From Macrostomum lignano (lineage: Eukaryota), in contig NIVC01000151.1 of the NCBI GenBank assembly GCA_002269645.1, positions 620,001 through 684,000 on the forward strand: a stretch of 64,000 nt of DNA, read 5' to 3'. Positions 25,013 to 35,500 of this stretch are shown here, in pieces. How positions within the stretch are numbered: the stretch's first letter is position 1; every line of letters starts with the position of its first letter. The translations under genes and the position numbers were made by a program. The notes under the pieces were generated by a model. The model was not told the origin of the DNA. It did not search any database and worked only from the letters and a program-made list of their open reading frames with translations.

Positions 25013-25118
25013 GCATAAGCGCGCTTGTGTCGCTAAAACGCACGTCAAACTGGGAGAAAGAACTACCTTTGCTTTTACGGATAGTTGAAACAGAAAAAAG
25101 CAAATAATCCTATCAAAG

Positions 25119-25412
25119 AAACACAAGCTCCGAAACACAAGCTCCGAAACACAAGCTCCGAAACACAAGCTCCGAGACACAAGCTCTGAAACACAAGCTC
25201 CGAAACACAAGCTCTGAAACACAAGCTCCGAAACACAAGCTCCGAAACACAAGCTCCGAAACACAAGCTCCGAAACACAAGCTCCGAAACACAAGCTCCG
25301 AAACACAAGCTCCGAAACACAAGCTCCGAAACACAAGCTCCGAAACACAAGCTCCGAAACACAAGCTCCGAAACACAAGCTCCGAAACACAAGCTCCGAA
25401 ACACAAGCTCTG
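25119..25412. repeat. 15-bp minisatellite
   Basis: Unit AAACACAAGCTCCGA, about 19 copies. Confidence 0.95.
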
Positions 25413-25974
25413 AAGCTTTGCGATATCCGGATTGTGATGTCCGGGTCAAAGAACAATAATGTATTAAAAAATGATTTTATGAAGCAAAAAGATCAAGTGA
25501 AAGTGTTTCAAGGATGTAAAATGATGAGTTAGGAATAATTTCAAATGTTTCTAAATACTAATGTGGTGAATGAATGCCCTGCTAAGCTTGTATTTATTGG
25601 TCATTGTCCTTTGGTTGGTCACCCCCCCTTCGATCCCCCCTCAAAAAATTTCATATACCGAATCTTCGATAGACCCCCATGCCTCTATCGAATTTTAGGT
25701 GTAAAAAATCAATCCCCATGCAGAATCTCCCCACCCTAAAACCCCATTCCCCATGCCCATGTATTCCCATGAGTGGCTTTAAGCGACTCTTCGCTGTAGA
25801 ATTGCGCGGTAAGGAGGCCATGTGACATGACTCGACATGCAGTGTTTTGATCTTTTCCGCAGTTCCGCTTTCTCCCTTTGTAAAAAAATGACCGTCTTGG
25901 AAGGCAAGGCTTTACTTTTCTCCTACCAAGTAGGAATTCCCGCCCCTCTGACAATTTTTTTCCATAAGCGCCAG

Positions 25975-26310
25975 TGTATTCAGTGCACCCCTGTGCGCCA
26001 ATCGGCTCTGCCCCTCAGTGCAGCCTTGCCAAGCCTCCAAATTTCATCAGCACGTCGACAACATGCGTCTGCATCAGCTTTGACTTCGTTGGTCACTGGC
26101 CTTCACCCAGGCGGAGCTTCTGGACCTTCAGCAGTGGGCACCATGTGACTATGAACACCTTCATGCGAATTTCTCAAGTTTCGCTGATCGAGCCTCGGCT
26201 GTTCTGGAAAAAATCCGACCTTCTGACATAATCGTCGAATATCTTGACGGTCCGGAGGGCTGGTGACTTGATTCTTGATTGAGAAGGTGCGCAACAACAA
26301 CACGCACGAA
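25975..26310 (+). repeat. Dispersed repeat fragment, copy 2 (degenerate coding remnant, probably TE-derived)
   Basis: Homologous to 7765-8070. One frame is conserved at protein level (LAFTQAELLDLQ..DYEH; IVEYLDGPEGW) with stops. Confidence 0.7.
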
Positions 26311-27424
26311 GATTTCAAAGCCTAACACTGAAACACTCCATTTTTTCATCTTGAGTAGTCCATTTTAGATCAGTAAATTTTTCCACAAGAAGAGGAGAGG
26401 ATAAAATCAGAACGTTGTGGGGCGGAGGTGGGGCACAGGTGTGGCGGACTGCGAGCCATGACTGACTGATGAAGGCAAACATACCGGAGCCTGGTCTGCT
26501 TGAGCGAATTTGAGAGACAGAAGCTGGAGGGAAACACTGCCAGTTTCCACCTTCTGAGTTTTGTAGCGTATCGATTGATTACATTTCTTGCCGACTATAT
26601 GGGATGGCCCGAGTTTACCAACCTCGCGAGTTTATCTCTGGGAGGAATATTTTGAAAAAATCTTGAAGCGACTCGCGTCCCGTATTTCAACAAGTGTCAT
26701 TTTCAAACTGCAGTTCGTATTTGCTAGATAAACAGTATTGGTTTCTCATTCTAACTCAGCCAACGAGCAGCCAATCTCAGCCAGACGATAGCACAAAGTG
26801 CTAGCCGTAAGTGGGTTTTGACCATAGATATGCTCTCTTTTTACAATCAAAGTCAGCCTACGAGCAATCTATCTCATCCAAATGGTCTATTTCAATGCCA
26901 CGGTCTTCAAGCCACGCTAATGTGTTAAGTTTACATAAGAAACTGATTGAATGTAAGTAAAAGGAACATTGAACAACGCAATCTACCCTGCTTAGCGCCG
27001 GACGATCTTAATGAACTTTATTCCTAAAATACGCGATGCTGTGCTCAAAGGGTGGCCGTCCACCCAAGCAAAAACAGATCGTCATTGAATGTTTGCAAGG
27101 ACTGAGCCATGGAGAAAGACAAGATAAATGACAGAGCATGTCTGTTTGTGCTTTAGATGAGACAGATTACTCGTCGGCTGACTTTGATTGTAAAAAGAGA
27201 GCATGTCTATGGTCAAAACCCAGCTCCGGCTAACACTTTGTGCTATGAGCTGACTGAGACTGGTTGTTCGTAGGCAGAGTTAGAATGAGGCTCGCTCTGA
27301 GTGACGGTTATAAGTGCCGCACGCTAATGATTCAATGAGCGACATGTCGTTAGGCAAAATGCTTCATACTGTCTGTCTTCTCAACTCATCGCTTTACTTT
27401 GCTCATTCATCTTCACATTTCCTT

Positions 27425-27438
27425 GTTTCCATGGCAAT
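27425..27438. promoter_or_regulatory. Candidate RFX X-box
   Basis: GTTTCCATGGCAAT, near-consensus, ~110 bp upstream of the ATG at 27548. Confidence 0.5.
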
Positions 27439-27547
27439 TCCAGAGTGTTTTTCAAGCATAATGTGTATAAATTAAGGAACAGAATCCGCAGGGAGCGCGG
27501 ACTGCAAAGGCATATTAACTAGAATAAGAAGCAGCAGAAGCCAAGTT

Positions 27548-29233
27548 ATGCACCTCGCTACTCTGACTGCCTGGGTCCTGCTGCTGCTGACATCTCTGTC
27601 GTTCGCCGCCGACCAGTACATGTACACCCCGGATCAGGCTGCCTGGGGAAGTGACGGAACAGCTTCAGACACAGCTTCCTCCTCTGCCATCCTTGACGCC
27701 CGCTCCGAAGTCGAATGCGCTGCTATGTGCGAGGCGATGAGCTCAGCCTGCTTCGGCGTTGTCTGGTGCTCGCCTGACCAATGCCGGCTGCTGGGTGACA
27801 CCGCAGGAGCCCCGTCTGCTCTGCCAGCTGGCTGTCGAGTCTTGGCCCTGACCAGCCGGCGCCGGAGTGAGTCTTTGTCCATTTTGATGCAACAGACCTA
27901 CGAGGGGTTCCTCAGCCGGAGTGAGTCTTTGTCCATTTTGATGCAACAAACCCCAGCGGATTCCTCAGTCGGAGTGAGTCTTTGTCCATTTTGATGCAAC
28001 AAACCCCAGCGGATTCCTCAGTCGGAGTGATTCTTTATCCATTTTGATGCAACAAACCCCAGCGGATTCCTCAGTCGGAGTGAGTCTTTGTCCATTTTGA
28101 TGCAACAAACCCCAGCGGATTCCTCAGTCGGAGTGAGTCTTTGTCCATTTTGATGCAACAAACCCCAGCGGATTCCTCAGTCGGAGTGAGTCTTTGTCCA
28201 TTTTGATGCAACAAACCCCAGCGGATTCCTCAGTCGGAGTGAGTCTTTGTCCATTTTGATGCAACAAACCCCAGCGGATTCCTCAGTCGGAGTGAGTCTT
28301 TGTCCATTTTGATGCAACAAACCCCAGCGGATTCCTCAGTCGGAGTGAGTCTTTGTCCATTTTGATGCAACAAACCCCAGCGGATTCCTCAGTCGGAGTG
28401 AGTCTTTGTCCATTTTGATGCAACAAACCCCAGCGGATTCCTCAGTCGGAGTGAGTCTTTGTCCATTTTGATGCAACAAACCCCAGCGGATTCCTCAGTC
28501 GGAGTGAGTCTTTGTCCATTTTGATGCCCCTGCGGGTTCCTCAGCAGGAGTGAGTCTTTGTCCATGTCTTTGTCCATTTTGATGTTTAGAGACCTTAGCA
28601 GTTCCTCGACGAATCCAGCCTCAATGTCTTGAAGCTCTAAGATTTTATCTCCCTCAAAATTCTTGCCAGTAAGCGGCGGCTGGTGCTCCTGGAGCGGCTG
28701 GTCTGCCTGGACGCCTGCCTGTCACGTCGGATCAAAACGGTGCACCCGCCAGTGCCAGTGCCCGGAGCCGCAGGCGGCGGCAGCGAAATGCAACGGCACA
28801 TCGGCGAATGAACTGTTCATCGGCTGGTGCGCCTGGAAAGGCTGGAGCTCGTGGAGCTCGGGTAGGACGCGATATTTTAGATACTTCTAGAATAACATTT
28901 TCCGTTTAAAATTTTCGGATATCCGTACACCGCAACTTCACAGGGTGCAATAGGAACCAGCAGCGCAGAAGGAAGAGAGACTGCAGCTGCCTCATCGAAC
29001 CGGTGCCGAGCCCGCTGGCCAAGTCTTCGCAGCAGCAGACCAGATTTATTGGCTGGTGCCCGTGGAGCCCCTGGAGCAGCTGGTCCAGCTGGGATAAAAG
29101 CGATTGTGGCTACAATTGGGGCAGGAAGAAGCAGAGGACGCGCGACCGCGCTTGCGACTGCACTGTCACCCAGACTGCGACTCCGAGCACAGCAGCTTCG
29201 GAAACCGAGAATTCGGACTGCCGATATGGATGA
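27548..29233 (+). CDS. Secreted protein: signal peptide + PAN/apple-like Cys domain + three TSP1-like repeats; join(27548..27866,28670..28861,28944..29233), 266 aa
   Basis: Hydrophobic N-terminus; ECAAMCEAMSSACFGVVW...CRLL PAN-like pattern; three WxxWxxW...R-x-R-x-C TSP1 motifs. Both introns are GT-AG, phase 1, and give a continuous frame. Confidence 0.8.
27862..28560. repeat. 53-bp minisatellite whose unit contains the exon-1 splice donor
   Basis: Unit GAGTGAGTCTTTGTCCATTTTGATGCAACAAACCCCAGCGGATTCCTCAGTCG, about 13 copies, starting at the real donor (27867). Confidence 0.95.
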
Positions 29234-29449
29234 AGAATACACGGAGGAAATGAGCCGGCTATATTGAATATTTTAACGGAAACTAACTCGCATGACGATA
29301 TATCAGACAATAACATCATTTTACGAGTTACCCGATGCGATGGTTTTCAGTTCCGGACTGCTCTATGGGCCAAAATGCTTAAATTAAGCTTTAAAATGCT
29401 TTTTTAAAGTAAAATCCACTCGCTTGCAGCCCCTGTTAAACAGTTATTT

Positions 29450-30010
29450 CTTGAAAAATGGTTTCCAGTTATCTGATGCGCATTTCGAATACAGTTCAGG
29501 GGTTGTAGCCTAGTGCTAGCGCGGCGCTCTGATGTGCCAGCGGCTGTTGTACTCGACACGAGGCCAGGAGAATTTGCTGAATGAATGATGCTCGGTTTTG
29601 CACCCCGGGCGTTGTTCTTTTCCGTTAAACCGCGGGAAAGGTGGCTGGCTTGGCTGGGGCGGGTGTGTGTGCTGGGATCTGGTGCCTTGTCCACCGACCG
29701 TCGCAGCCTCCTTTCTGCAGCCTTAGCAGTTCAATGCGCCGTCGGGTGAGATCGATCTCCGCATCCAGTGCCGCGCCACCCGAAGAGGTTCCGCCCCCCC
29801 CTTGGACCGCAGGCTGCTCCCTTCATCGGATGAGTCGTCAGAATCCCCCAGTGGCTCTCTGTTGGAAGTCCTGCTCGCAGCATCAGCAGCTAGACGCTCG
29901 TTGAGAATCGCGTCGCACAGACGAGAACGTAGAGTGGCCTTGCTACCTTTTGTTGGCAGTTTGCGCGCCTGCAATGCTGTCTTAATTTATAGTTGAGGCA
30001 CACTCAGATC
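29450..30010 (-). mobile_element. Degenerate gag-like remnant with N-terminal SAP-type motif
   Basis: DLSVPQL/KTALQARKLPTKGSKATLRSRL fits a SAP motif; followed by an acidic linker and frameshifted coiled coil EIDLTRRRIELLRLQ. Confidence 0.4.
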
Positions 30011-30269
30011 GGTGACTGATTGCAGTTGACTTGCGGTGGTCTTATCGATTGTGACTGAGAATAAAAATCTGAGCAAACGAGAACGTATAGGCAGGCGTAC
30101 AAGCGGAGAAAAGAGTAAATCCCCCCCCCCGAATACACAATCCCGCACACACCCGCCCAGTCAAGCCAGTCACCTCACCCCGCAAACTGGGTCACAGGGT
30201 AACATGACAAGTATTACAGACAGGTTGATGGCTGTGCCTTAGCTAATCTTTGCATGACCCGTTGGGAAA

Positions 30270-30515
30270 AAAGAACTGGACGGCTCTCCCTTGCGCTCCC
30301 AAGAGCATTTACAAAAGTTACGTTGACGATACGTTCGCTGTCTATGAGGACGGAACTTGTAAGGATGAGTTTTTTAAAAGCCATCAACTCCTCTCATGCG
30401 AGCATCGAATTCACCGTCGGAGACAGAAAGCTCCTCTTTCTTGGCATTAATGTGGAAACAAGCAGCGAAATAGTCAGTCCACTGTGTATAGAAAGCGTAA
30501 TTCCACTGGCAACCG
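30270..30515 (+). mobile_element. Penelope-like reverse transcriptase remnant
   Basis: YKSYVDDTFAVY...F/KAINSSHASIEFT...LLFLGINV...YRKRNSTG: PLE RT motifs with frameshifts. Confidence 0.7.
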
Positions 30516-30740
30516 ACAGCTCAGCCGCAGCTATTCAGTCCGTGCAAGGACTGCAAGGGGGTCGCCACACACACCCTCAATTACCCAGCTAATGCTGGCA
30601 CCCATTTTACAGCTGGTTGAACTGAAGCAATGCAGAGTTAAGTGTCTTGCTCAAGGTCAGAAATTGTTCCAGTGATCGGGAATCGAACCCCCGACCTTCA
30701 AGTCTTGAGTCCGACACTTGGCAGACTTCGGTCCGAGCAC
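30515..30740 (-). mobile_element. tRNA-derived SINE
   Basis: Minus-strand B box GGTTCGATTCC (30679-30689), followed by CCTTGAGCAAGACACTTAAC...CAGCTGTAAAATGGGTGCCAGC, a typical SINE2 core body. No full tRNA cloverleaf. Confidence 0.65.
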
Positions 30741-31005
30741 CCGATAGATAGATGCTGCCGACGCAGTTATTCTTCTATTATACTGTCATAGAAGGGTTTT
30801 TTCAAATCTTATAATTAAACACTAGAATTTTTAAGTAACTAAATAACACTATGTAAGACAAATTAAAGAATATGAATTTGGCAGTAACCATTTTTAATAA
30901 AAATTAAAGCTAATTTACATACATTTGTCTAAAAGATGAGGCAACGGCAACCTGGCTGGTGTAAATAATTGGTCCTGATAATCTGACTGTCTACGAGCTT
31001 CATTA

Positions 31006-31489
31006 ACCGGTGACCCAAAAGTTCCCGGAATGTTTGCCCTAGCTCCTCAGTACCTTGGCCAATTTTTATGTTTCATGTGTCAGACTAAAGATGATTTTTC
31101 AACGAAAGATGCAGAATTCGTCAGAAAGATGCAGAAGCGTCTATGGATGAAACCATAAAACTTGCTGATCAGATCTTGCGGTGCCAGCGCTTGCTTATTC
31201 CATACCAAGTGCTTGCTTTTCGCTAAAGATTAGTTCTCTCCATAGCCTTGAGAGTCAGCGGAGTCAATGATGGAAAAAGGATACAACAGACATTCGAGGT
31301 TGCGCAACACTAGTACTGACCTTCCTTCACAGTTCCTGGTGTGACTCTTAACCAAAACCAGATAGAAAGGAAATTCAAATTACAAGTTTTTCGTTGAAAA
31401 ATCTCTTTAGTCTGACACATAAAACATAAAAATTGGTCAACGTACTGAGGAGCTAAGGCAAACATTCCGGGAACTTTTGGGACACCCCT
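31006..31489. mobile_element. MITE with ~100-bp imperfect TIRs (Tc1/mariner-like termini)
   Basis: 31007-31110 (GGTGACCCAAAAGTTCCCGGAATGTTTGCC...) is the reverse complement of 31389-31488. Confidence 0.8.
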
Positions 31490-31689
31490 TGGTAGTTAAA
31501 AGACTCTTTTTTGGCCCTTGAACGGAAGGGAAAGAGGTGAGCTACGGCACACAGTAAACAGCTGGCACAGAGGCATTGCATGTCACATCTAAGCAAATCG
31601 AGCTGACAAAAGGAGATGAGCGTGGAGAAAAACACTTTTAACAGGGTGCATCGGCTGAAAAGGCGCACTGCTTTTCATGAGGGGGGGTC

Positions 31690-32170
31690 ATATCTCCGAC
31701 ACTTCATATTACCGACACTTCATATCTCCGACACTTCATATCTCCGACACTTCATATCTCCGACACTTCATATTACCGACACTTCATATCTCCGACACTT
31801 CATATCTCCGACACTTCATATCTCCGACACTTCATATTACCGACACTTCATATCTCCGACACTTCATATCTCCGACACTTCATATCTCCGACACTTCATA
31901 TCTCCGAAACTTCATATCTCCGACACTTCATGTCTCCGAAACTTCAGTTTAGCAGCCTCTTTCACAAAAATTCTTTCTCTTTTGAAAACTCCCTCGGAAG
32001 CTCCATATCTCCGTTAGGGGTTAGGCTTAAGTTAAACTTATCAGATGCATTAAGTGTCAGAGATATGAAGTTCAGAGAAATGAAGTGCCGGACATTTGAA
32101 GTACCGGAAATATGAAGGGATGCTTTCGGAGGCATGAAATTCCGGAGAGATGAAATCTCAAAAATATGAA
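31690..32170. repeat. 16-bp tandem array with a degenerate inverted counterpart (foldback/MITE-like)
   Basis: CATATCTCCGACACTT about 15 times at 31690-31945; related units in reverse orientation at ~32060-32170. Confidence 0.7.
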
Positions 32171-32593
32171 AGTTGCCATAAACAGTTGCGTGGGCAGTGA
32201 CCAGTGTAAATACTTCAGTATCAGCTAAACAGCCAACCAGCGCGCGAGGAGAGCTTTCAGCAAAAACTGGCTCAACTGGCGTGACGTGTTGACAGACAGG
32301 CTGGCGATAAGCATACAAAGTTATAAGCAGATGCGATATAGATAGTTTAAAGAATAAACAAAATAAAGCATGAAGGATTACTGCAAACTCAGGACATGTA
32401 GAATTTCAAATAGAAACCCGAGAAAACTAGAAATAGGAGAATCAAAATCTGTGACGAAAAGTTCGGCTTCAATTCAAACAGAATAAGAGTGCGCTGTTTT
32501 TCCGGCTGATCATGAGCTTTTCTTTCCCAATCGATACGCATTTTTTATGTCAGTACTGCCCGAAAGTTTTCGAACTTCAAAGTACATAAGATG

Positions 32594-35500
32594 TCAAGCC
32601 GACTGATGAGATGGATTATCAGTCTCGTCAGTAGGTGGCACAGGTGGACATGGCACATTACCAGTCCCGTAAGTAGGTGGCGCAGGTGGACATGGCACAT
32701 TACCAGTCTCGTCAGTAGGTGGCACAGGTGGACATGACACATTACCAGTCTCGTCAGTAGGTGGCGCAGATGGACACGGCACATTACCAGTCCCGTAAGT
32801 AGGTGGCGCAGGTGGACATGGCACATTACCAGTCTCGTCAGTAGGTGGCACAGGTGGACATGACACATTACCAGTCTCGTCAGTAGGCGGCACAGGTGGA
32901 CATGACACATTACCAATCCTGTCAGTAGGTAGCACAGGTGGACATGACACATTACCAGTCCCGTCAGTAGGTGGCGCAGGTGGACATGACACATTACCAG
33001 TCCCGTCAGTAGGTAGCACAGGTGGACATGGCACATTACCAGTCCCGTCAGTAGGTGGCACAGGTGGACACGGCACATTACCAGTCTCGTCAGTAGGTGG
33101 CACAGGTGGACATGACACATTACCAGTCTCGTCAGTAGGTGGCACAGGTGGACACGGCACATTACCAGTCCCGTCAGTAGGCGGCACAGGTGGACATGGC
33201 ACATTACCAGTCCCGTCAGTAGGTGGCACAGGTGGACATGACACATTACCAGTCCCGTCAGTAGGTAGCACAGGTGGACATGGCACATTACCAGTCCCGT
33301 CAGTAGGTGGCACAGGTGGACACGGCACATTACCAGTCTCGTCAGTAGGTGGCACAGGTGGACATGACACATTACCAGTCTCGTCAGTAGGTGGCACAGG
33401 TGGACATGACACATTACCAGTCCCGTCAGTAGGCGGCACAGGTGGACATGGCACATTACCAGTCCCGTCAGTAGGTGGCACAGGTGGACACGGCACATTA
33501 CCAGTCTCGTCAGTAGGTGGCGCAGGTGGACACGGCACATTACTAGTCCCGTCAGTAGGTGGCACAGGTGGAGAGTGAGAGTTCGAGGCCGACTGCAGCA
33601 GAGCTGGGGACGCTGAGCTGGGGACTCGCGGGTCCTCAAAGCTTTGATTCGAGGCGGAGGCTAGGTAACTCGCATGCGGATTCGCTGCTAGAAAATCGTT
33701 TCCTCTGTGCGGAGTGGCCTGCGCATTGGGATCGCCAGCCGACTTTTTTCCCAGACTGAGCAGCCCCAGCTTCAGTACAGACAGGTAGCAGAGATGGAAC
33801 AGGAGCTCCACCATTTCCAGCAGGGTGATGGTCGACACTCCAACCCAGAGACCTGAAGTTGCGGCAAATGCAGTCTAGAAAATTTCGGTTTCTGGGCTTA
33901 AAGTAAGAGCCGCGAATCACCAACAGCTTTGAAACTCACCAAGGATTCCGCCCAAATCGGAAAACAAGTTCCGCAGCTCGTAGGCGAATGACTCATTAAA
34001 GACGCTGACTTTGATAGACTTTGGATGCAGATCGAGGACGCTGATGAACTTTTCTCTTATCATGAATGACGCATGCTTGTAAAGAGTTTGCGGCCGATAG
34101 GTGGACAGATTCCGGGCGGCAGCTGTACTGATCAGCTCTGTCGCATAGTCTTTCAGAGCCACCTCCGCAAGCCAAGAGTCCCGGGGCCAAGAGGCCAGGC
34201 GGGTGGTGACGCTGTTGCGGGTGTTGCTGCAGCGGACCGGGCACTGCTTGGCCCACACGCCCTGCGACTTCTGGCGTTGAAGAACCCGATGGAAGCATTT
34301 GACCCGCTGAGCAACGTCTTTGTACACGTCCCAGTTCTGCTGCAGGTACTCAGACAGGGTGATGTATGCCAAGCTCCGATTCATGATAGTGTACTCCGTC
34401 ATGTTGAACCTGTTCTGCCGGTGGTTTATGTCCAGAAAAAACACCTGGAATTGGAAAAATGATTCGCCTGTCTGCATCATGGCAAGTCAAACAGAAATTC
34501 TTTGTCTTCATTGTTGAGCTTGTCATTCTCAGCCCAGATGCATAAGCTTCATCTTTTAATGATTCTATGTATAAATTAGTGACCATGCAAGACGTTTTGT
34601 TTACCTGAAGCTCTCCAAAAGATTTCTAGCTTTTTAAGTTTCTTTTATTTTTATTTCCCAATTCGAATTGGCGAGCTGGTTAGTGAATTAAATTGGCCTC
34701 ACCTCCTCAGGCAGCAGGTGGCACACCTCGGTGCGCTTCATGAGGTCACTGGGCAGCGCCAAATGAGATCCCAGGCAGCCGCAGGTGTCTCTAAACTCCT
34801 CCTGCATGATCCTCATGACACAGTCCTGGTAGGTGCCAAAGAAGGTCTGGTTCTCCAAGTGACCTGGCATCGAGAAGTTTGCGATGTAGGTGGCGTTTGG
34901 CAGTTCATCGCTGCACGGCGCGGCTTCCCGGTTGACTTTCGTCTCCAACTGCACTCTCATCTGGGCCGTGGTCTTGTAGCCGTAGGGGACGCTGAAGCCG
35001 GTCTTCATGTCCGGTTTGAAACCTTTGGGTGAAATTATCAGCACGAATCTCCCGTTCATGTGACAAATCTGCTACAAATTGACAATATGATAATTAAACT
35101 CCCGATACAAAGTTCTAAAGAACACGCAGTCTACAGTCTAGTGTGCACCATCATGTAGAAAATGTATATTCTGCTACATCTACTAAGTCAAAAGTTCTGG
35201 CTCAGATCTAATGCAGTTATTAGCCACTAAAAATGACTGCGTTTCCCGAATGGATAACAGTTAAAATACTGTGTTCGGGTATAAAGCATACTTCAGTGAG
35301 TCTAATATTCAAAAATAGAAGCAAAAAGTGCTGAGACAAAATTAGATAGTTGTGGTGTGGCACCAAAGTAGAGCATTCGACTGCGAAAAAAAGGATGGGT
35401 AAATTATGGTTCCAAATTGAGCTACTTTGTTAGAATTTATCAGAGTTATTTTCAACTTTAAATTTTTGTCGGGAGGGCACTTGGTTTTTTAATTTGCGCT

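Noticed and set aside
21785-25456. ORFs of 1000-1200 aa in several frames
   Set aside because: They result from a stop-poor 42-bp unit (multiple of 3) repeated about 71 times; open on both strands, with no unique domain.
26760-27070. Very degraded Gypsy pol-like traces (..DAVLKGWP..)
   Set aside because: Only one or two short motifs across several stops; not enough to call.
30660-30740. Possible tRNA gene
   Set aside because: B box present but no complete cloverleaf, and it continues into a SINE-type body.
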